Shown one piece after another: positions 29,493 to 40,302 of a stretch of DNA of 64,000 nt. Position 1 is the first letter of the stretch, and the number at the start of each line of letters is the position of its first letter. The notes beneath the pieces are model-generated. The model had not been told where the DNA came from. It worked only from the letters and a program-made list of their open reading frames with translations, and ran no database searches. Made by a program: the position numbers and the translations under genes. Source of the DNA: an uncultured delta proteobacterium (lineage in GTDB: Bacteria; Desulfobacterota; Binatia; UBA9968); the NCBI GenBank assembly GCA_963760795.1, contig CAVXEP010000030.1, positions 96,001 to 160,000 of the forward strand, given 5' to 3'.

Positions 29493-31154
29493 TCAGAAAA
29501 ATTTCTGCGCGGCGTGCTGAGCCGCGAGCCAGCCAAAAGTCATTGCGCCCGCGAGCGGCAGCCCTGCTTGAAATCCAACGCCGACATGTTCGAGCGCAAC
29601 CACGTCGCCGCAGGCGTAGAGGCCGGGAATATCATGGCCTCTCATATGAATCACCTGGGCGTCTCTGGTCGTGACCAAACCAATCGAATTGCCGCCGAAC
29701 GGCTGCATCTCGAAGCCAAAGAAAGGAGGCTCTGAAATGGCGCCCAGGTTCGGGTTTTTCTGGTTCAAATCTCCGGCCGCTTGTCGTGACCAGGTCATGC
29801 GCCCGCGCTGGAAGTCGGCGTCCTCGCTCTTCTCGACGAAACCGTTGAAGCGCTCCACCGCTGCGGTCAACCCGGCGCTATCCACACCGATAGTTTTACC
29901 GAGGTCGGCAAGCGTGCTGCCGCGCGGCAGCCAGTCCGGAGGATCGGCCCCGGGCGGTACCGGCGGCAAGCCATACTTGCGCAGGTATTGCGCATCGCAA
30001 ACGAAATAGCAGGGCACGTTAAGCAACTGATGACTGCCGGCATCATAGTGGCGCAGTTTGCTGGCGACGTCTCCAAACGAAGACTCATCAGCGAAGCGGC
30101 TGCCGGCACGGTTCACCAGGATGCCGTGGGGATGGCCCAATTCGTGGGTGCCGGCAACACGCAAAATCGGTTGGCCATCGACGCTTTCTCCTTTTACGTG
30201 GCGGCCAAGCTTGATGCTCAAGTTCCAGTGCATGACGGTGAAAGCTGCGCCAATCTCCAGGCCCATCACCAAACCGTCGCCGCGATTTCTCGGCGAGCCG
30301 TGGGGTGGCCAAGGGTTGAACTCATCGAACCAGCCCATGAGTTGCGGGTTGGAATCGTATTTTCCGGTCGCCAAGACCACGCCGTTCTTGGCGCTGAGGG
30401 CGAGGATCTTTCCGGCGCAAGAAACCTCGACTCCCATCACGCGGTTATCTTGGACAATAAATTGGTTCGCCGCCGTATTGAGACGAAAGGGAATATCGCG
30501 ATCGAGTGCCGCTTTGAAAAAATGGCCCGCCACGGCGCCACCCAGCGTTCGAATATCCTGCGCCTGGCGTTCATTGACGACTTTCTCGTCGAGGTTACGG
30601 TAGCCGCCCCAACCACCCGCAGCGGTCATCTCTTCAAAAGTCATCCGTCCGTGGGCGAATGGAGTGCGATCGAGTTTGCTCTGCCATGAGCCGAGAGTGC
30701 CGGCGTCAAAGGGACGGAGCTGGTGGCTTCTCCCCCAAGGTTTAGATCCTTGACCCAACGGATAGTAATGATCAGCCAATCCGTCCAGAACGTAAAAAGG
30801 CAGTCCGACTCTCTGCTCGAAAAACTGCAACGCTCCGGGCGACTGTTCGATGAAATGCTGTGTGATCTCGGGATTGTTGCGTCCTCCCCCGAGATAGTCG
30901 AGATAGTCGCGGCTTTCGGCGGCGGAGTCCGTCGCTCCTTTTGAGCGCGCGAGATGGCTGTTGCCAACCCAGACAATTCCCGACGACCAGCTGGTCGTGC
31001 CACCGATCTTATTTGCTTTCTCGATAACCAGCGGACGCAGCCCGAGCTCGGCCGCCGCTACGGCTGCCGCCATTCCCGCAAGGCCCGAGCCGATACAAAT
31101 CAAGTCGAACTGGTCATCCCAAAGGATTCTTTCCGCGCCACTGACAAACTTCAT
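29493..31154 (-). CDS. FAD-dependent oxidoreductase (3-oxosteroid 1-dehydrogenase / FAD_binding_2 family)
   Basis: IGSGLAG, IEKANKIGGTTSWSSG, GVVLATG, ILVNRAGSRFADES, IPGLYACGD. Confidence 0.88.
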   Translation of the reverse strand: MKFVSGAERILWDDQFDLICIGSGLAGMAAAVAAAELGLRPLVIEKANKIGGTTSWSSGIVWVGNSHLARSKGATDSAAESRDYLDYLGGGRNNPEITQHFIEQSPGALQFFEQRVGLPFYVLDGLADHYYPLGQGSKPWGRSHQLRPFDAGTLGSWQSKLDRTPFAHGRMTFEEMTAAGGWGGYRNLDEKVVNERQAQDIRTLGGAVAGHFFKAALDRDIPFRLNTAANQFIVQDNRVMGVEVSCAGKILALSAKNGVVLATGKYDSNPQLMGWFDEFNPWPPHGSPRNRGDGLVMGLEIGAAFTVMHWNLSIKLGRHVKGESVDGQPILRVAGTHELGHPHGILVNRAGSRFADESSFGDVASKLRHYDAGSHQLLNVPCYFVCDAQYLRKYGLPPVPPGADPPDWLPRGSTLADLGKTIGVDSAGLTAAVERFNGFVEKSEDADFQRGRMTWSRQAAGDLNQKNPNLGAISEPPFFGFEMQPFGGNSIGLVTTRDAQVIHMRGHDIPGLYACGDVVALEHVGVGFQAGLPLAGAMTFGWLAAQHAAQKFF

Positions 31155-31250
31155 TGCGTAATCCTCCGTTCTAACGGCGTTGTGAATGGATTTAGATACT
31201 CGAGCTAAGTCGTCAGTCCGAATCACGTGTCCGGCAATTCGCCGTCAAGG

Positions 31251-32243
31251 TTACTTGTATAGACCATCGATGAAACCGCTCTGGTCAAGCTCGCGAACAA
31301 AGCGCGCGTCGAAAAAGCGCTCGACGTTGACGTTCTTGGCCTTCGGATTGGTCTGGGCGATCTGCTCCAACGATACTTTAATGCCACCCACCGAGGGGTA
31401 GGGCTTGCGCTGGTATTCCTGCACGTTGAATTCATAACCGGCCTCGATCAGCGCCGGGTCCTTAACCTTCATATAACGAGCCATCGTTTGCATGGTTTCG
31501 GCCTTGTGTGTTTTGTAGTAGCGGATTCCTTCGACCAGCGCCTTTGTAAACCGGCGAACTGTGGCTTCCTCGGTTTTAATCGTCCGTCGCGTGGTGACAA
31601 TATCGGCACCCAAGAATTCCACGCCGAGCTTTCTGACATCGATCAACAAGGGCAGACCGATCTTATCAGCGGCGACCTTATCCTCGGCGGAGAGCGTCGT
31701 ACCCTGGATTATTCCGGCTTGCAGTGCGGCGAGTCTCAGCGGCGATTGTCCCACTTGTCGGATGGTCACATCCTTGTCGGGATTAAGCCCGAGTTTTTCC
31801 AAAACCAGCCGCAAAATAAAATCACCTGCGCCGCCATAGCGGTCGATGCCGAGAACTTTTCCCTTCAACTGCTCGGGTCTGGAAATCTCCTTTGTCGTGA
31901 CCAGGAAAGACAGGCTCGAAGTCTTCCTCAGGCTGCCGATCAAGACCAAATCGCTACCGGAGAGATTACTGTTTACAGCTGCAGCGCCACCCATGATCGC
32001 CACCGGGACGTTGCCCGATAGCATCGCCGCAGCCAAGATCGGTGAGCTTTGGATTAACAGCACATCAACGTCGAGCCCGTTCTGGACAAAGATCCCAGCG
32101 TCCTTGGCTACCCATATTACGGAATACCCCGACGTGATGGTGCCATAACCCGCCGTTAATTTGGTTAAAGGCTCGGCTGCCCAACTGGAAAGATAAAGGC
32201 ACTGACAAAGAAATATCACCAGAGCGGTCCATGAGCGTATCAT
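31251..32243 (-). CDS. ABC transporter substrate-binding protein, NMT1/THI5 family
   Basis: IWVAKDAGIFVQNGLDV, QLKGKVLGI, FDARFVRELDQSGFIDGLY. Confidence 0.85.
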   Translation of the reverse strand: MIRSWTALVIFLCQCLYLSSWAAEPLTKLTAGYGTITSGYSVIWVAKDAGIFVQNGLDVDVLLIQSSPILAAAMLSGNVPVAIMGGAAAVNSNLSGSDLVLIGSLRKTSSLSFLVTTKEISRPEQLKGKVLGIDRYGGAGDFILRLVLEKLGLNPDKDVTIRQVGQSPLRLAALQAGIIQGTTLSAEDKVAADKIGLPLLIDVRKLGVEFLGADIVTTRRTIKTEEATVRRFTKALVEGIRYYKTHKAETMQTMARYMKVKDPALIEAGYEFNVQEYQRKPYPSVGGIKVSLEQIAQTNPKAKNVNVERFFDARFVRELDQSGFIDGLYK

Positions 32244-32434
32244 TCTGCATTTCCCTCCCATTCGATCATGAAACCACCGCACGCCTACGAAGCTCGATGT
32301 CCGGGCTCTGACTCAGCGAATGACCTGCGCAAGACAGCGCTGGTTATCGATTGCGCCCCGGCTGCAATTGTCGCTGGGAGTATTCGGAAAATTTCCAGCG
32401 ACAAGCGCCAATGCGGCGAGCCGACTTCCTATTT

Positions 32435-32614
32435 TTAGCGCGGTGCGTTCGCTCGCGACAGCGTCGAGGTGAGGATTTTTATGTTTTCGCTTTTCTCTAT
32501 GTAACGCACGAACAGGTATTTGTTTTCCTGGGAGTCAAAGCTGCCGCCGGCACGTCGCCCGCTTCTTCTTTAACCTTGGCGTGAATGAAATATAGATCGT
32601 CACCCTTAAAAGCG
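32435..32614 (-). pseudogene. Diverged duplicate of the 3' end of the decarboxylase beta-subunit gene (34554-34737)
   Basis: GCGGTGCGTTCGCTCGCGACAGCGTCGAGGTGAGGATTTTTATGTTTTCGC... shared; retains a stop codon. Confidence 0.85.
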
Positions 32615-32836
32615 CTGCATTCGACGTTCTAGTGAAATTGCATTAACGCCTACGGCCAGAGCAAATCGGTTGGGGGACCGTAGGGACGCTGTTGTTGACT
32701 AGCTGGACAAATTTTTCCTTGGCGCATTCGATAATCAAGTCGGTGTTCCTATTCGCGACCGAATAGGTTTTTCCATGAGCTAGTCCGCTTAGTCAACAGC
32801 GTCAACCTCTCGCGCGGTTGATCGTGAGGAGCTAGA

Positions 32837-33961
32837 CTACAGTCCCCAGAGTCGTTTGGCATTGTCACAAAGGATTTTACGTTTTGCCGTTTCGTCAACG
32901 TCTGTTCGTTGGCGCATGATCAGCGTGGCATCCATCTGGCTCGAGCCATCATAGTGGCCATAATCGCTGCCGATCACGATATTGTCCGGGCCGCATGGGT
33001 AGGTATAGGACAGGTCATCGTTGTTCTGACAGGTAACAAAAATATTAAACTCCTTCAGCACGTCTTCGGGCAAAGGAGTTTTGCGCTGTTCGCTCCGCCG
33101 TTTGGCTTCATGAATCATCCAGGGGAGCCACATGGAGCCGGCCTCGATAAATGCCCAGCGAAGCCGGGGAAATTTTAGCGGCAGACGGCTTTCGAGCAAA
33201 CCTTCGCAAGCTCCAGCGGTAACGAGCCGAAAGCGCATTAGACCGAAGGAATCCGGATCATAGGCGGGTTGGGTCAATGCCACCAGAGCGGCGTTGCCGT
33301 TACCGATGTGAATCACGATAACCAGATCTAAACGCTGCGCTTCTTCGTACAGCGGATGGAAATAGGGATCTATGAGCAGCCGGTCGCCGATGATCGGTGG
33401 CAGCGAAACTCCGACGGCGCCATTATCCCTGGCCCACTCAAGCGATTTAACGGATTCATCCATGCTCATCAAAGGCGGCACCGCGCACCAGCGCAAACGT
33501 CCATCGCCGCGCCGCCACATCTCAGCCACCCACCGGTTCCAACTTTTGCATAGCGCTAACTCTACCTCGGGGCGATCGGTTGCCGGCACCGTCCACAATG
33601 TATGGATCATCACCTGGACGTCGATGCCCAAACGGTCCATGTGGCGCAGGCGACGCTCGACGTCGTCTCCCTCCCGCGCGCCAATGGGAGTGACGACATC
33701 TCGGCCGAGCTGTTTTGACCGCTCTGCCATTTCTTCTTCAGTCAGCGTGGGAAATCGCAATCCGCGAGCCTGGCCGTTGATGATCCACCATTGTGTGTGC
33801 GGATCCGTCGGATGCGCTGCCAAAACCGGGCGGTGCTTCTCATCGCCCGGATCCATGAACTGCCAGGTGCGCTCAGTCTCCACAACATGCGAATCAGAAT
33901 CTATGACCATGTACTTTGTCTCTGAGACCAGGCCTCTTTCCGTATCGCTCGCAGCAATCAT
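32837..33961 (-). CDS. Amidohydrolase family protein (Amidohydro_2)
   Basis: IDSDSHVVE, RLRHMDRLGIDVQV, VIHIG, FIEAG, IGSDYGHYD. Confidence 0.9.
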   Translation of the reverse strand: MIAASDTERGLVSETKYMVIDSDSHVVETERTWQFMDPGDEKHRPVLAAHPTDPHTQWWIINGQARGLRFPTLTEEEMAERSKQLGRDVVTPIGAREGDDVERRLRHMDRLGIDVQVMIHTLWTVPATDRPEVELALCKSWNRWVAEMWRRGDGRLRWCAVPPLMSMDESVKSLEWARDNGAVGVSLPPIIGDRLLIDPYFHPLYEEAQRLDLVIVIHIGNGNAALVALTQPAYDPDSFGLMRFRLVTAGACEGLLESRLPLKFPRLRWAFIEAGSMWLPWMIHEAKRRSEQRKTPLPEDVLKEFNIFVTCQNNDDLSYTYPCGPDNIVIGSDYGHYDGSSQMDATLIMRQRTDVDETAKRKILCDNAKRLWGL

Positions 33962-34267
33962 AAACGCCTCCTTTTCTCACTCAACGGGTTGGCCGACGAT
34001 CTTGAAACTTGGATAAATTTTGCCGAGACAAAATTTGGCAAAGTTCCATTGCGCTTTTTCTGTTTCTCGTACAACAAGATCAAGCTTACGGCGTCGAAAT
34101 TGCCATCAACATTTTGCCATTCTAATGAGGCACTGCGGTCCAGTTTTTTAATTTATCGATGTCTGTCGGTCGAGTCAATTAATATCGCCTGCGAACATGT
34201 GGCGCGCATGGTTCGACCGTTCAAAGCCTCACGGCAGGATTAAGGCAAGTCTAACACGCGGCCGGGT

Positions 34268-34498
34268 CTATGACTTCACAACTCTAAGCTTTGCACGTTG
34301 TCGGTGCGCGATACGCGACCTTGCCTTAGCGGCAATCGCGTCTGCGGCCCCTTCGGCATCCCTGATAGTTTGTTCGATTCTATCTGGAGCGATACCACGA
34401 CGAATTAGGCCATCGATAACATTTTTTCTTCGCAGCGACTTGACCGCTCTCCTTATTTCTCTTGCGTCGGCCAACATGTCTTCTGGAATATTCGTCAT
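34268..34498 (-). CDS. Small basic hypothetical protein (76 aa)
   Basis: GGAG RBS, amphipathic helical sequence, ends LRVVKS. Confidence 0.5.
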   Translation of the reverse strand: MTNIPEDMLADAREIRRAVKSLRRKNVIDGLIRRGIAPDRIEQTIRDAEGAADAIAAKARSRIAHRQRAKLRVVKS

Positions 34499-34553
34499 TC
34501 CGCTCCATTATCGGGTTTCCATCTACGGTGCAAATCCGAGTGGCGTCCTCGGC

Positions 34554-35165
34554 TCAACGCGGTGCGTTCGCTCGCGACAGCGTCGAGGTGAGGATTTTTA
34601 TGTTTTCGCTTTTCTCTATGTAGCGCACGAACAGGTATTTGTTTTCCTGCGAGTCCAACGCAGCCGCCGGCACGTCGCCCGCTCCTTCTTCAACCTTCGC
34701 GTGAATGAAATAGAGATCGTTACTCTTGAAGGCGCGCATAAAACCATTTTCGAATTCATCGAGCGTCTGCGCAGTCAGCACGTTGGCTATGCCGCAACCT
34801 CGAGCGATGGCGGCCAGGTCGGCCTGCCCCGCCGTCGCCGTCGGCGCGCCGCGGGAAGACTCATAGCATTCATTGTCGAAGACTACGTGAACCAGGTTCT
34901 TCGGATGTTGATTGGCGATGGTTGCCAGGCTGCCGAGATTGAGCAGCAGCGAGCCGTCGCCGTCGAATGCGACGACTTTGCGGTGCGGCAGAGCCAGGGC
35001 CAATCCGAGCGCCATGGACGACGTCAGACCGAGATTTTGCAGATGGTAGTTGCCATGGTGCGGTCTCAGGGCTTGCCATTCGTGGCGCACGGCGCCCAGG
35101 TTGGTGACCACCAGCTCGTCGCCGAAGTGCGGCGCGATTGCCCGTAGACAGTCATATCTTTTCAT
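34554..35165 (-). CDS. comE: ThDP-dependent sulfopyruvate/phosphonopyruvate decarboxylase-like beta subunit
   Basis: ALGLALA, ThDP motif DGDGSLLLNLG...FDNECYES. Confidence 0.75.
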   Translation of the reverse strand: MKRYDCLRAIAPHFGDELVVTNLGAVRHEWQALRPHHGNYHLQNLGLTSSMALGLALALPHRKVVAFDGDGSLLLNLGSLATIANQHPKNLVHVVFDNECYESSRGAPTATAGQADLAAIARGCGIANVLTAQTLDEFENGFMRAFKSNDLYFIHAKVEEGAGDVPAAALDSQENKYLFVRYIEKSENIKILTSTLSRANAPR

Positions 35166-35169
35166 CGAG

Positions 35170-35670
35170 TTACCTCAGGGCTTGTTTGTTGAGGACAATG
35201 GCCGTCGGCCGGCGCGACGAGCGCGCGAGCACCTGACTATCGCGAATAGTCGGGCGGATCTCCTCGAAGCGGCCGACTTTCTCGTAAACGATATGCATGG
35301 CCTGCAGCACCGGCTCGGTCAGAGCGCCGACCGTGGCGTGCCCGGCATTGTCCTCGCCGACACCGCCGCTGTGGCCGATCAACATCAACACGGGTATCCC
35401 CGGATGAATGCAGACCGTCGCCAAAGCGTTGGTCGACAATAAAAATCCCGCGTTCATCATCACCATCGCCGGCCGTTTGCCGCCGAGGTAGGCGCCGGCG
35501 CAGATGCCGATGCCCTCTTCCTCGCGGGTTACCGGCACGTGATGAATCGCCGAATCTTCGCCGAGCGCAATCACCAGATCGTGCAGGTTCGCTTCCGTCA
35601 AGGTCGCGACAAAATCGACCCCCGCCTCTTTCAGTGAATCGACGATCTCCGCCGCCACTTCTCGTTGCAT
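35170..35670 (-). CDS. comD: Sulfopyruvate/phosphonopyruvate decarboxylase-like alpha subunit
   Basis: LKEAGVDFV, VTREEEGIGICAGAYLGG, MVMMNAG; AGGAGG RBS; 4 nt from the beta subunit. Confidence 0.75.
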   Translation of the reverse strand: MQREVAAEIVDSLKEAGVDFVATLTEANLHDLVIALGEDSAIHHVPVTREEEGIGICAGAYLGGKRPAMVMMNAGFLLSTNALATVCIHPGIPVLMLIGHSGGVGEDNAGHATVGALTEPVLQAMHIVYEKVGRFEEIRPTIRDSQVLARSSRRPTAIVLNKQALR

Positions 35671-36100
35671 ACTTCTCCTCCTTCGGTTCGCAACCTTTAT
35701 TGCGGAGACCACGCTGGCAGTCAAGCGAACCTGAGCTTCATCAATACTCTGCCGGCCATAGATGAATCGCCTTTCGAGTCGGACCGTTCTTGCTGCCCGG
35801 AAAGCCATCTCAGATATTTCTTGTCTCAGTTCGCTTTCCTGGCATCGTGCGCCGAGCCTGCGCGACCTAGTCGGAAAAACTCCCTACCGTTGGTTGCGGT
35901 AGGCGATTTCCTCCTTGGTCTTCCGCGCCGCGATTTGCGGTTCGAGCCGTTCATGTTCGGGGTTCAAAGTTCAAGGTTAAAGATCGCGCGCGGAAGCGCT
36001 CGCGCGCCCGCTTGCGCCGGACCTTCCCGTCGGAATAGGCTCAATCACAGATTGATCTTTGCAGGAAAGAATCGGCATCCGGTAACGTCGGAGGGACGCC

Positions 36101-38017
36101 ATGCAAGATACCTATGACACCGTCTACACCCGTTGGCTGAACGATCCTGAGAATTTCTGGGCCGAGGCGGCCGAAGCGGTTCATTGGGATAAAAAATGGG
36201 ACAGGGTGCTCGATGACTCGCGGCCGCCGTTTTACAAATGGTTCCCCGGCGGATTGCTCAATACTTGCTACAATGCGCTCGATCGCCACGTCGAAGGCGG
36301 GCGGGGAAATCAGCCGGCGCTCATCTATGATAGCCCTGTAACGGGAGTCGTCCAGACGTTCACTTACCGCGAGCTGCTCGATCAGGTAGCAAGCTTCGCC
36401 GGTGTGCTTGCCGGGCAAAAAGTTCAGAAAGGCGATCGGGTCATCATCTACATGCCCATGGTGCCGGAGGCGATCGTCGCGATGCTGGCATGCGCGCGCA
36501 TCGGCGCGATTCATTCGGTGGTCTTCGGCGGTTTTGCCGCCGCTGAGCTCGCCAATCGCATCACCGACGCGCGACCGAAGATAATTATCTCGGCGACCTG
36601 CGGCATCGAAGCCGGCCGCATCATTCCCTACAAGCCCTTGCTCGACAAGGCGATCGACCTTGCGACGGTTAAGCCGGAGCGCTGCATTATTGTCCAACGT
36701 CCGCAGGCAAAGGCGTCCATGATCGGCGGGCGCGACCTCGATTGGTCGGAAGCGATGGCGGACGCAAAACCAGTCGGCTGCGTTCCCGTCGAGGCCACTG
36801 ATCCGCTTTACATCCTTTACACTTCCGGCACTACGGGTATGCCCAAAGGGATCGTGCGCGACAATGGCGGGCATCTGGTCGCGCTCACATGGAGCATGCA
36901 GCACATCTACGGTGTGGAGCCGGGCGAAGTGTATTGGACGGCGTCGGACGTGGGCTGGGTCGTTGGCCACTCGTACATCGTTTACGCGCCGCTGTTCAAC
37001 GGCAATACCACCGTGCTCTACGAGGGCAAACCGGTCGGCACTCCCGATGCAGGCGCGTTCTGGCGGGTCGTCTCACAGCACGGCGTGAAGGTCCTGTTCA
37101 CGGCGCCCACGGCGTTTCGCGCGATCAAGCGGGAAGACCCCAACGGCGAATTCATACGCAAGTATGACTTGAGCGGCTTCCGCACGCTCTTTCTCGCCGG
37201 CGAGCGCTGCGACTCGGACACGCTCTTGTGGGCGCAAAAGCAGCTTGGCGTGCCGGTGATCGATCACTGGTGGCAGACCGAAACGGGCTGGCCGATCGGC
37301 GCCAATTGTATCGGATTGGGAATGCTTCCGGTGAAACCGGGTTCGTGCACGAAACCGGTGCCCGGTTACGATGTCCGGGCGTTGGACGATGACGGCAGGG
37401 AACTATCGCCGGGACAGATCGGCAGTATCGTAGTCAAGCTGCCATTGCCGCCGGGCTGTCTTCCCACACTGTGGAACAACGATGAGGGCTACCGCAAAGC
37501 CTACCTCGCCAGGTTTCACGGCTACTACCTCACCGCCGATGCGGGGTACAAAGACGAGGACGGCTATCTTTGGGTGATGACCCGCACCGACGACATCATC
37601 AACGTCGCCGGTCATCGGCTCTCCACCGGCGCGCTGGAAGAGGTGCTGGCCTCTCATCCCGACGTCGCCGAGTGCGCTGTCTTGGGAGTCGCCGACGAGA
37701 TCAAAGGGGAAATTCCGTTGGGCCTGATCGTGCTCAAGGCCGGGGTGCGACGCTCAGACGGCGAGATCGTCAGCGAGACGGTCCAGATGGTGCGCGAACG
37801 GATCGGCGCCGTGGCTTCGTTCCGAGTCGCGACGGTCGTCAAGCGGTTACCCAAGACGCGCTCGGGCAAGATTCTGCGCGGTACCATCAAAAAGATTGCC
37901 GACGGGGTCGAGTATCAAATTCCGCCTACCATTGATGATCCACTGATCCTCGATGAAATTACCGCCGATTTGTCCGCGCTGGGCTATCCGGCCGGTTCGG
38001 CAAGGAGCTCGGCTTGA
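36101..38017 (+). CDS. prpE: Propionyl-CoA synthetase
   Basis: LNTCYNALDRH, YTSGTTGMPKG, RDNGGH, FLAGERCD, DHWWQTETG, LPKTRSGKILR. Confidence 0.9.
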   Translation: MQDTYDTVYTRWLNDPENFWAEAAEAVHWDKKWDRVLDDSRPPFYKWFPGGLLNTCYNALDRHVEGGRGNQPALIYDSPVTGVVQTFTYRELLDQVASFAGVLAGQKVQKGDRVIIYMPMVPEAIVAMLACARIGAIHSVVFGGFAAAELANRITDARPKIIISATCGIEAGRIIPYKPLLDKAIDLATVKPERCIIVQRPQAKASMIGGRDLDWSEAMADAKPVGCVPVEATDPLYILYTSGTTGMPKGIVRDNGGHLVALTWSMQHIYGVEPGEVYWTASDVGWVVGHSYIVYAPLFNGNTTVLYEGKPVGTPDAGAFWRVVSQHGVKVLFTAPTAFRAIKREDPNGEFIRKYDLSGFRTLFLAGERCDSDTLLWAQKQLGVPVIDHWWQTETGWPIGANCIGLGMLPVKPGSCTKPVPGYDVRALDDDGRELSPGQIGSIVVKLPLPPGCLPTLWNNDEGYRKAYLARFHGYYLTADAGYKDEDGYLWVMTRTDDIINVAGHRLSTGALEEVLASHPDVAECAVLGVADEIKGEIPLGLIVLKAGVRRSDGEIVSETVQMVRERIGAVASFRVATVVKRLPKTRSGKILRGTIKKIADGVEYQIPPTIDDPLILDEITADLSALGYPAGSARSSA

Positions 38018-38190
38018 TCACCGCGTTGGCGTGAACTTGCATGAAAAGGATTGCGGGAGGCTGACAATTCAGTCATGCATTATTGACTGAGCTTCATCCA
38101 ACCCTCTGCCGCCGCGGCGAATTTTTGCGCCGTTCTGTGGTGATTTCCCGATTGATCTGACATAGCTGACAAGATCGCGCTGCTGCCGAC

Positions 38191-39404
38191 ATGCCGCTCT
38201 CCCGCAACCTAGTTCTGCTCCTCTGCGCCGGCGTCGTAACCATGACATCGATCGGCATGAATTCGTTCAGCCTATTTCTGCGGCCCATCGAGGCGGAATT
38301 CGGCTGGTCGCGCACGACGGCCACGCTGCCGTACATGTTTGGCATGCTCGGCTGGGGAGTAGGCGGCGTCCTCTTTGGTAAATGGGCCGACGACCTGGGC
38401 GCGCGCCGCGTCATTCTTCCAGGGGTTCTGCTCATGGCGGCCGGCTTTTTCGGCATGGGCTATTTCGCAAAATTTGTGGCAACTGTCGCTCGCCTACGGC
38501 ATCATGGTCGGCCTGGCCAAAGGCGCCTGCGGATTGGTGATCATCTCGCTGCTGGTCGCCAAGCACTACGAGGCCAATCGCCGCGGGCTCGCCGTCAGCG
38601 TCATACAGACGGCCTCGCCGCTGAGCCCGCTGTTCTTTTCGCCGTTGCTTTACTTCTTGATCGAAAGGTTCGATTGGCGCGCCGCGGCATTGGCCAGCGG
38701 CGTCTTGCTGCTTGCGGTGGCATTTCCCTTGGGATGGCTCGGCGCGCGCGATCCGGTCGATGTCTCGACCAGCCGGCGCGATCGAGCGACTTGGGCAAGC
38801 TGCCTTCCCTACCTGCGTGATCGTTCGATGATCATGATGTTCGCTGGCGCGATTTTCCTGCGGTGTCGGTTTGTTTCAGACCGTGCATCTTGTGGCGATC
38901 GCCTTGAGCAAAGGCTTCGATGCCGCAACCGGAGCTATCGCTGTCGGCGTTTTTGGCGGAGCGGCGGCGGGGTCGGCGCTGTTTTTCGGCTGGCTCTCGG
39001 ACCGTTATGGCCGAGCGCAAGTGCTCGCCCTCACCTACCTCGTGCGCGGCTTGGGCACATTGATCCTTGCTCTGGATATGCCGAACGAGCTGGTCTTCTA
39101 CGCCGTCGTGGCGCTCGCAATGGGACCCACCTTCGGCACGATCGCGGTGCAAAATGTGATGTTCTACGAGCTTGTCGGACCGAGGATGGCGGGAGTCATC
39201 CTCGGCTTGAGTTTCATCGTCCACCAGATCGGCTCCGCCGGAGGTCCGATGCTTGCGAGCCTCGCCTACGACATGACCGGCAGCTACGACGGTTTTATGA
39301 TCATCATGGGGGTTATTTTCCTGGCCTCCGCGGCGCTCGTCTATAGCTCAATCTCAGGCAAGCCCATCGCCGCAGCTCTGAGCATGAGCGAAGCCCGCAC
39401 TTAA
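38191..39404 (+). CDS. MFS transporter, split by two frameshifts (about 38460 and 38845)
   Basis: Three overlapping ORFs give consecutive TM segments; GKWADDLGARRV and GWLSDRYGR motif-A copies. Confidence 0.8.
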
Positions 39405-39410
39405 ACCGCC

Positions 39411-39631
39411 CTATTGATCTTGAATGCCCGTAAGGGGATGGGCCTCAGCAAGAATTTTTTCAAACGCAGAATAATCGACGCGGTTCTCGAACAGCTTTAA
39501 CCGACCGACGCGCCGGTCTAGGACATGGTACGCGATACCACCAGTCGATAGGCGAGGCCGACGCGGCATTTGATCATCGCATCTACCGCAATCCCGCCTC
39601 GCGCTTCAAGAAAAGACTCCCGACCTCTTTT
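39411..39631 (-). pseudogene. 5' fragment of a RAYT Y1 transposase with its upstream REP-like end
   Basis: ATG at 39569: MPRRPRLSTGGIAYHVLDRRVGRLKLFENRVDYSAFEKILAEAH, stopping before HUH; AAAAGACTCCCGACC at 39611-39625. Confidence 0.75.
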
Positions 39632-39708
39632 CTCCCCCTGAACCTGTCAACGAGGTTCAAGCGGAACAGACTGCAGCCGTTTGTTATCCACCCCGCGCGT
39701 ATGACCGC

Positions 39709-40275
39709 TTACTGACTAGCCTTCGCGTTGAGATGGCGGTCGACCATGCTCTCCAATACTTCGAATGGCGCGTCATCGGGCATCGCCGTAATATCTCTTG
39801 CGATCTCCCCGAAGGTCGTCTGAACGCTTTCATCGACGAGCGTTGGCCGAATCACGCCCTTCTTGAGCGCTGTGAGCTCCACATTTTCGGTCCAAAGCCT
39901 CACGTTTGAGGACCAGGAACCGATCCGCACACCTGTATAGAGGATACGCGCTTGATAAATAGAGCATCCTCCCGCAAGACAGGCGTAGTAAAACATGCGG
40001 TCCGCGTCCTTTCGGGGAATATTCGGATCGTCGCATGCGACATCGTGCACCACGGATGCCCGGCGATACTCGCCGGTGTAAGGAGAACCGATGAGCGACC
40101 ACAAGGATGCAGGGTTGCTCGCTCCATCGATGACGCTTCCGGCAGGCGCTGACCAGCGTTTATTGTCAGGGTCTTCGTACCAGAAATCATTGAGCAGACG
40201 CATGCGCCGATCGTCGCCTGGCTCGTTGAGCCACTCGGCTGTGGGGTTCCCCGAAAACGTCCCATTGCTTGGCAT
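39709..40275 (-). CDS. DUF1353 domain protein
   Basis: WSAPAGSVIDGASNP, IGSPYTGEYRRASVVHD, ADRMFY, LYTGVR. Confidence 0.85.
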   Translation of the reverse strand: MPSNGTFSGNPTAEWLNEPGDDRRMRLLNDFWYEDPDNKRWSAPAGSVIDGASNPASLWSLIGSPYTGEYRRASVVHDVACDDPNIPRKDADRMFYYACLAGGCSIYQARILYTGVRIGSWSSNVRLWTENVELTALKKGVIRPTLVDESVQTTFGEIARDITAMPDDAPFEVLESMVDRHLNAKASQ

Positions 40276-40302
40276 ACGATCTCCTCCCCCTCGTTTTTGG
40301 AA

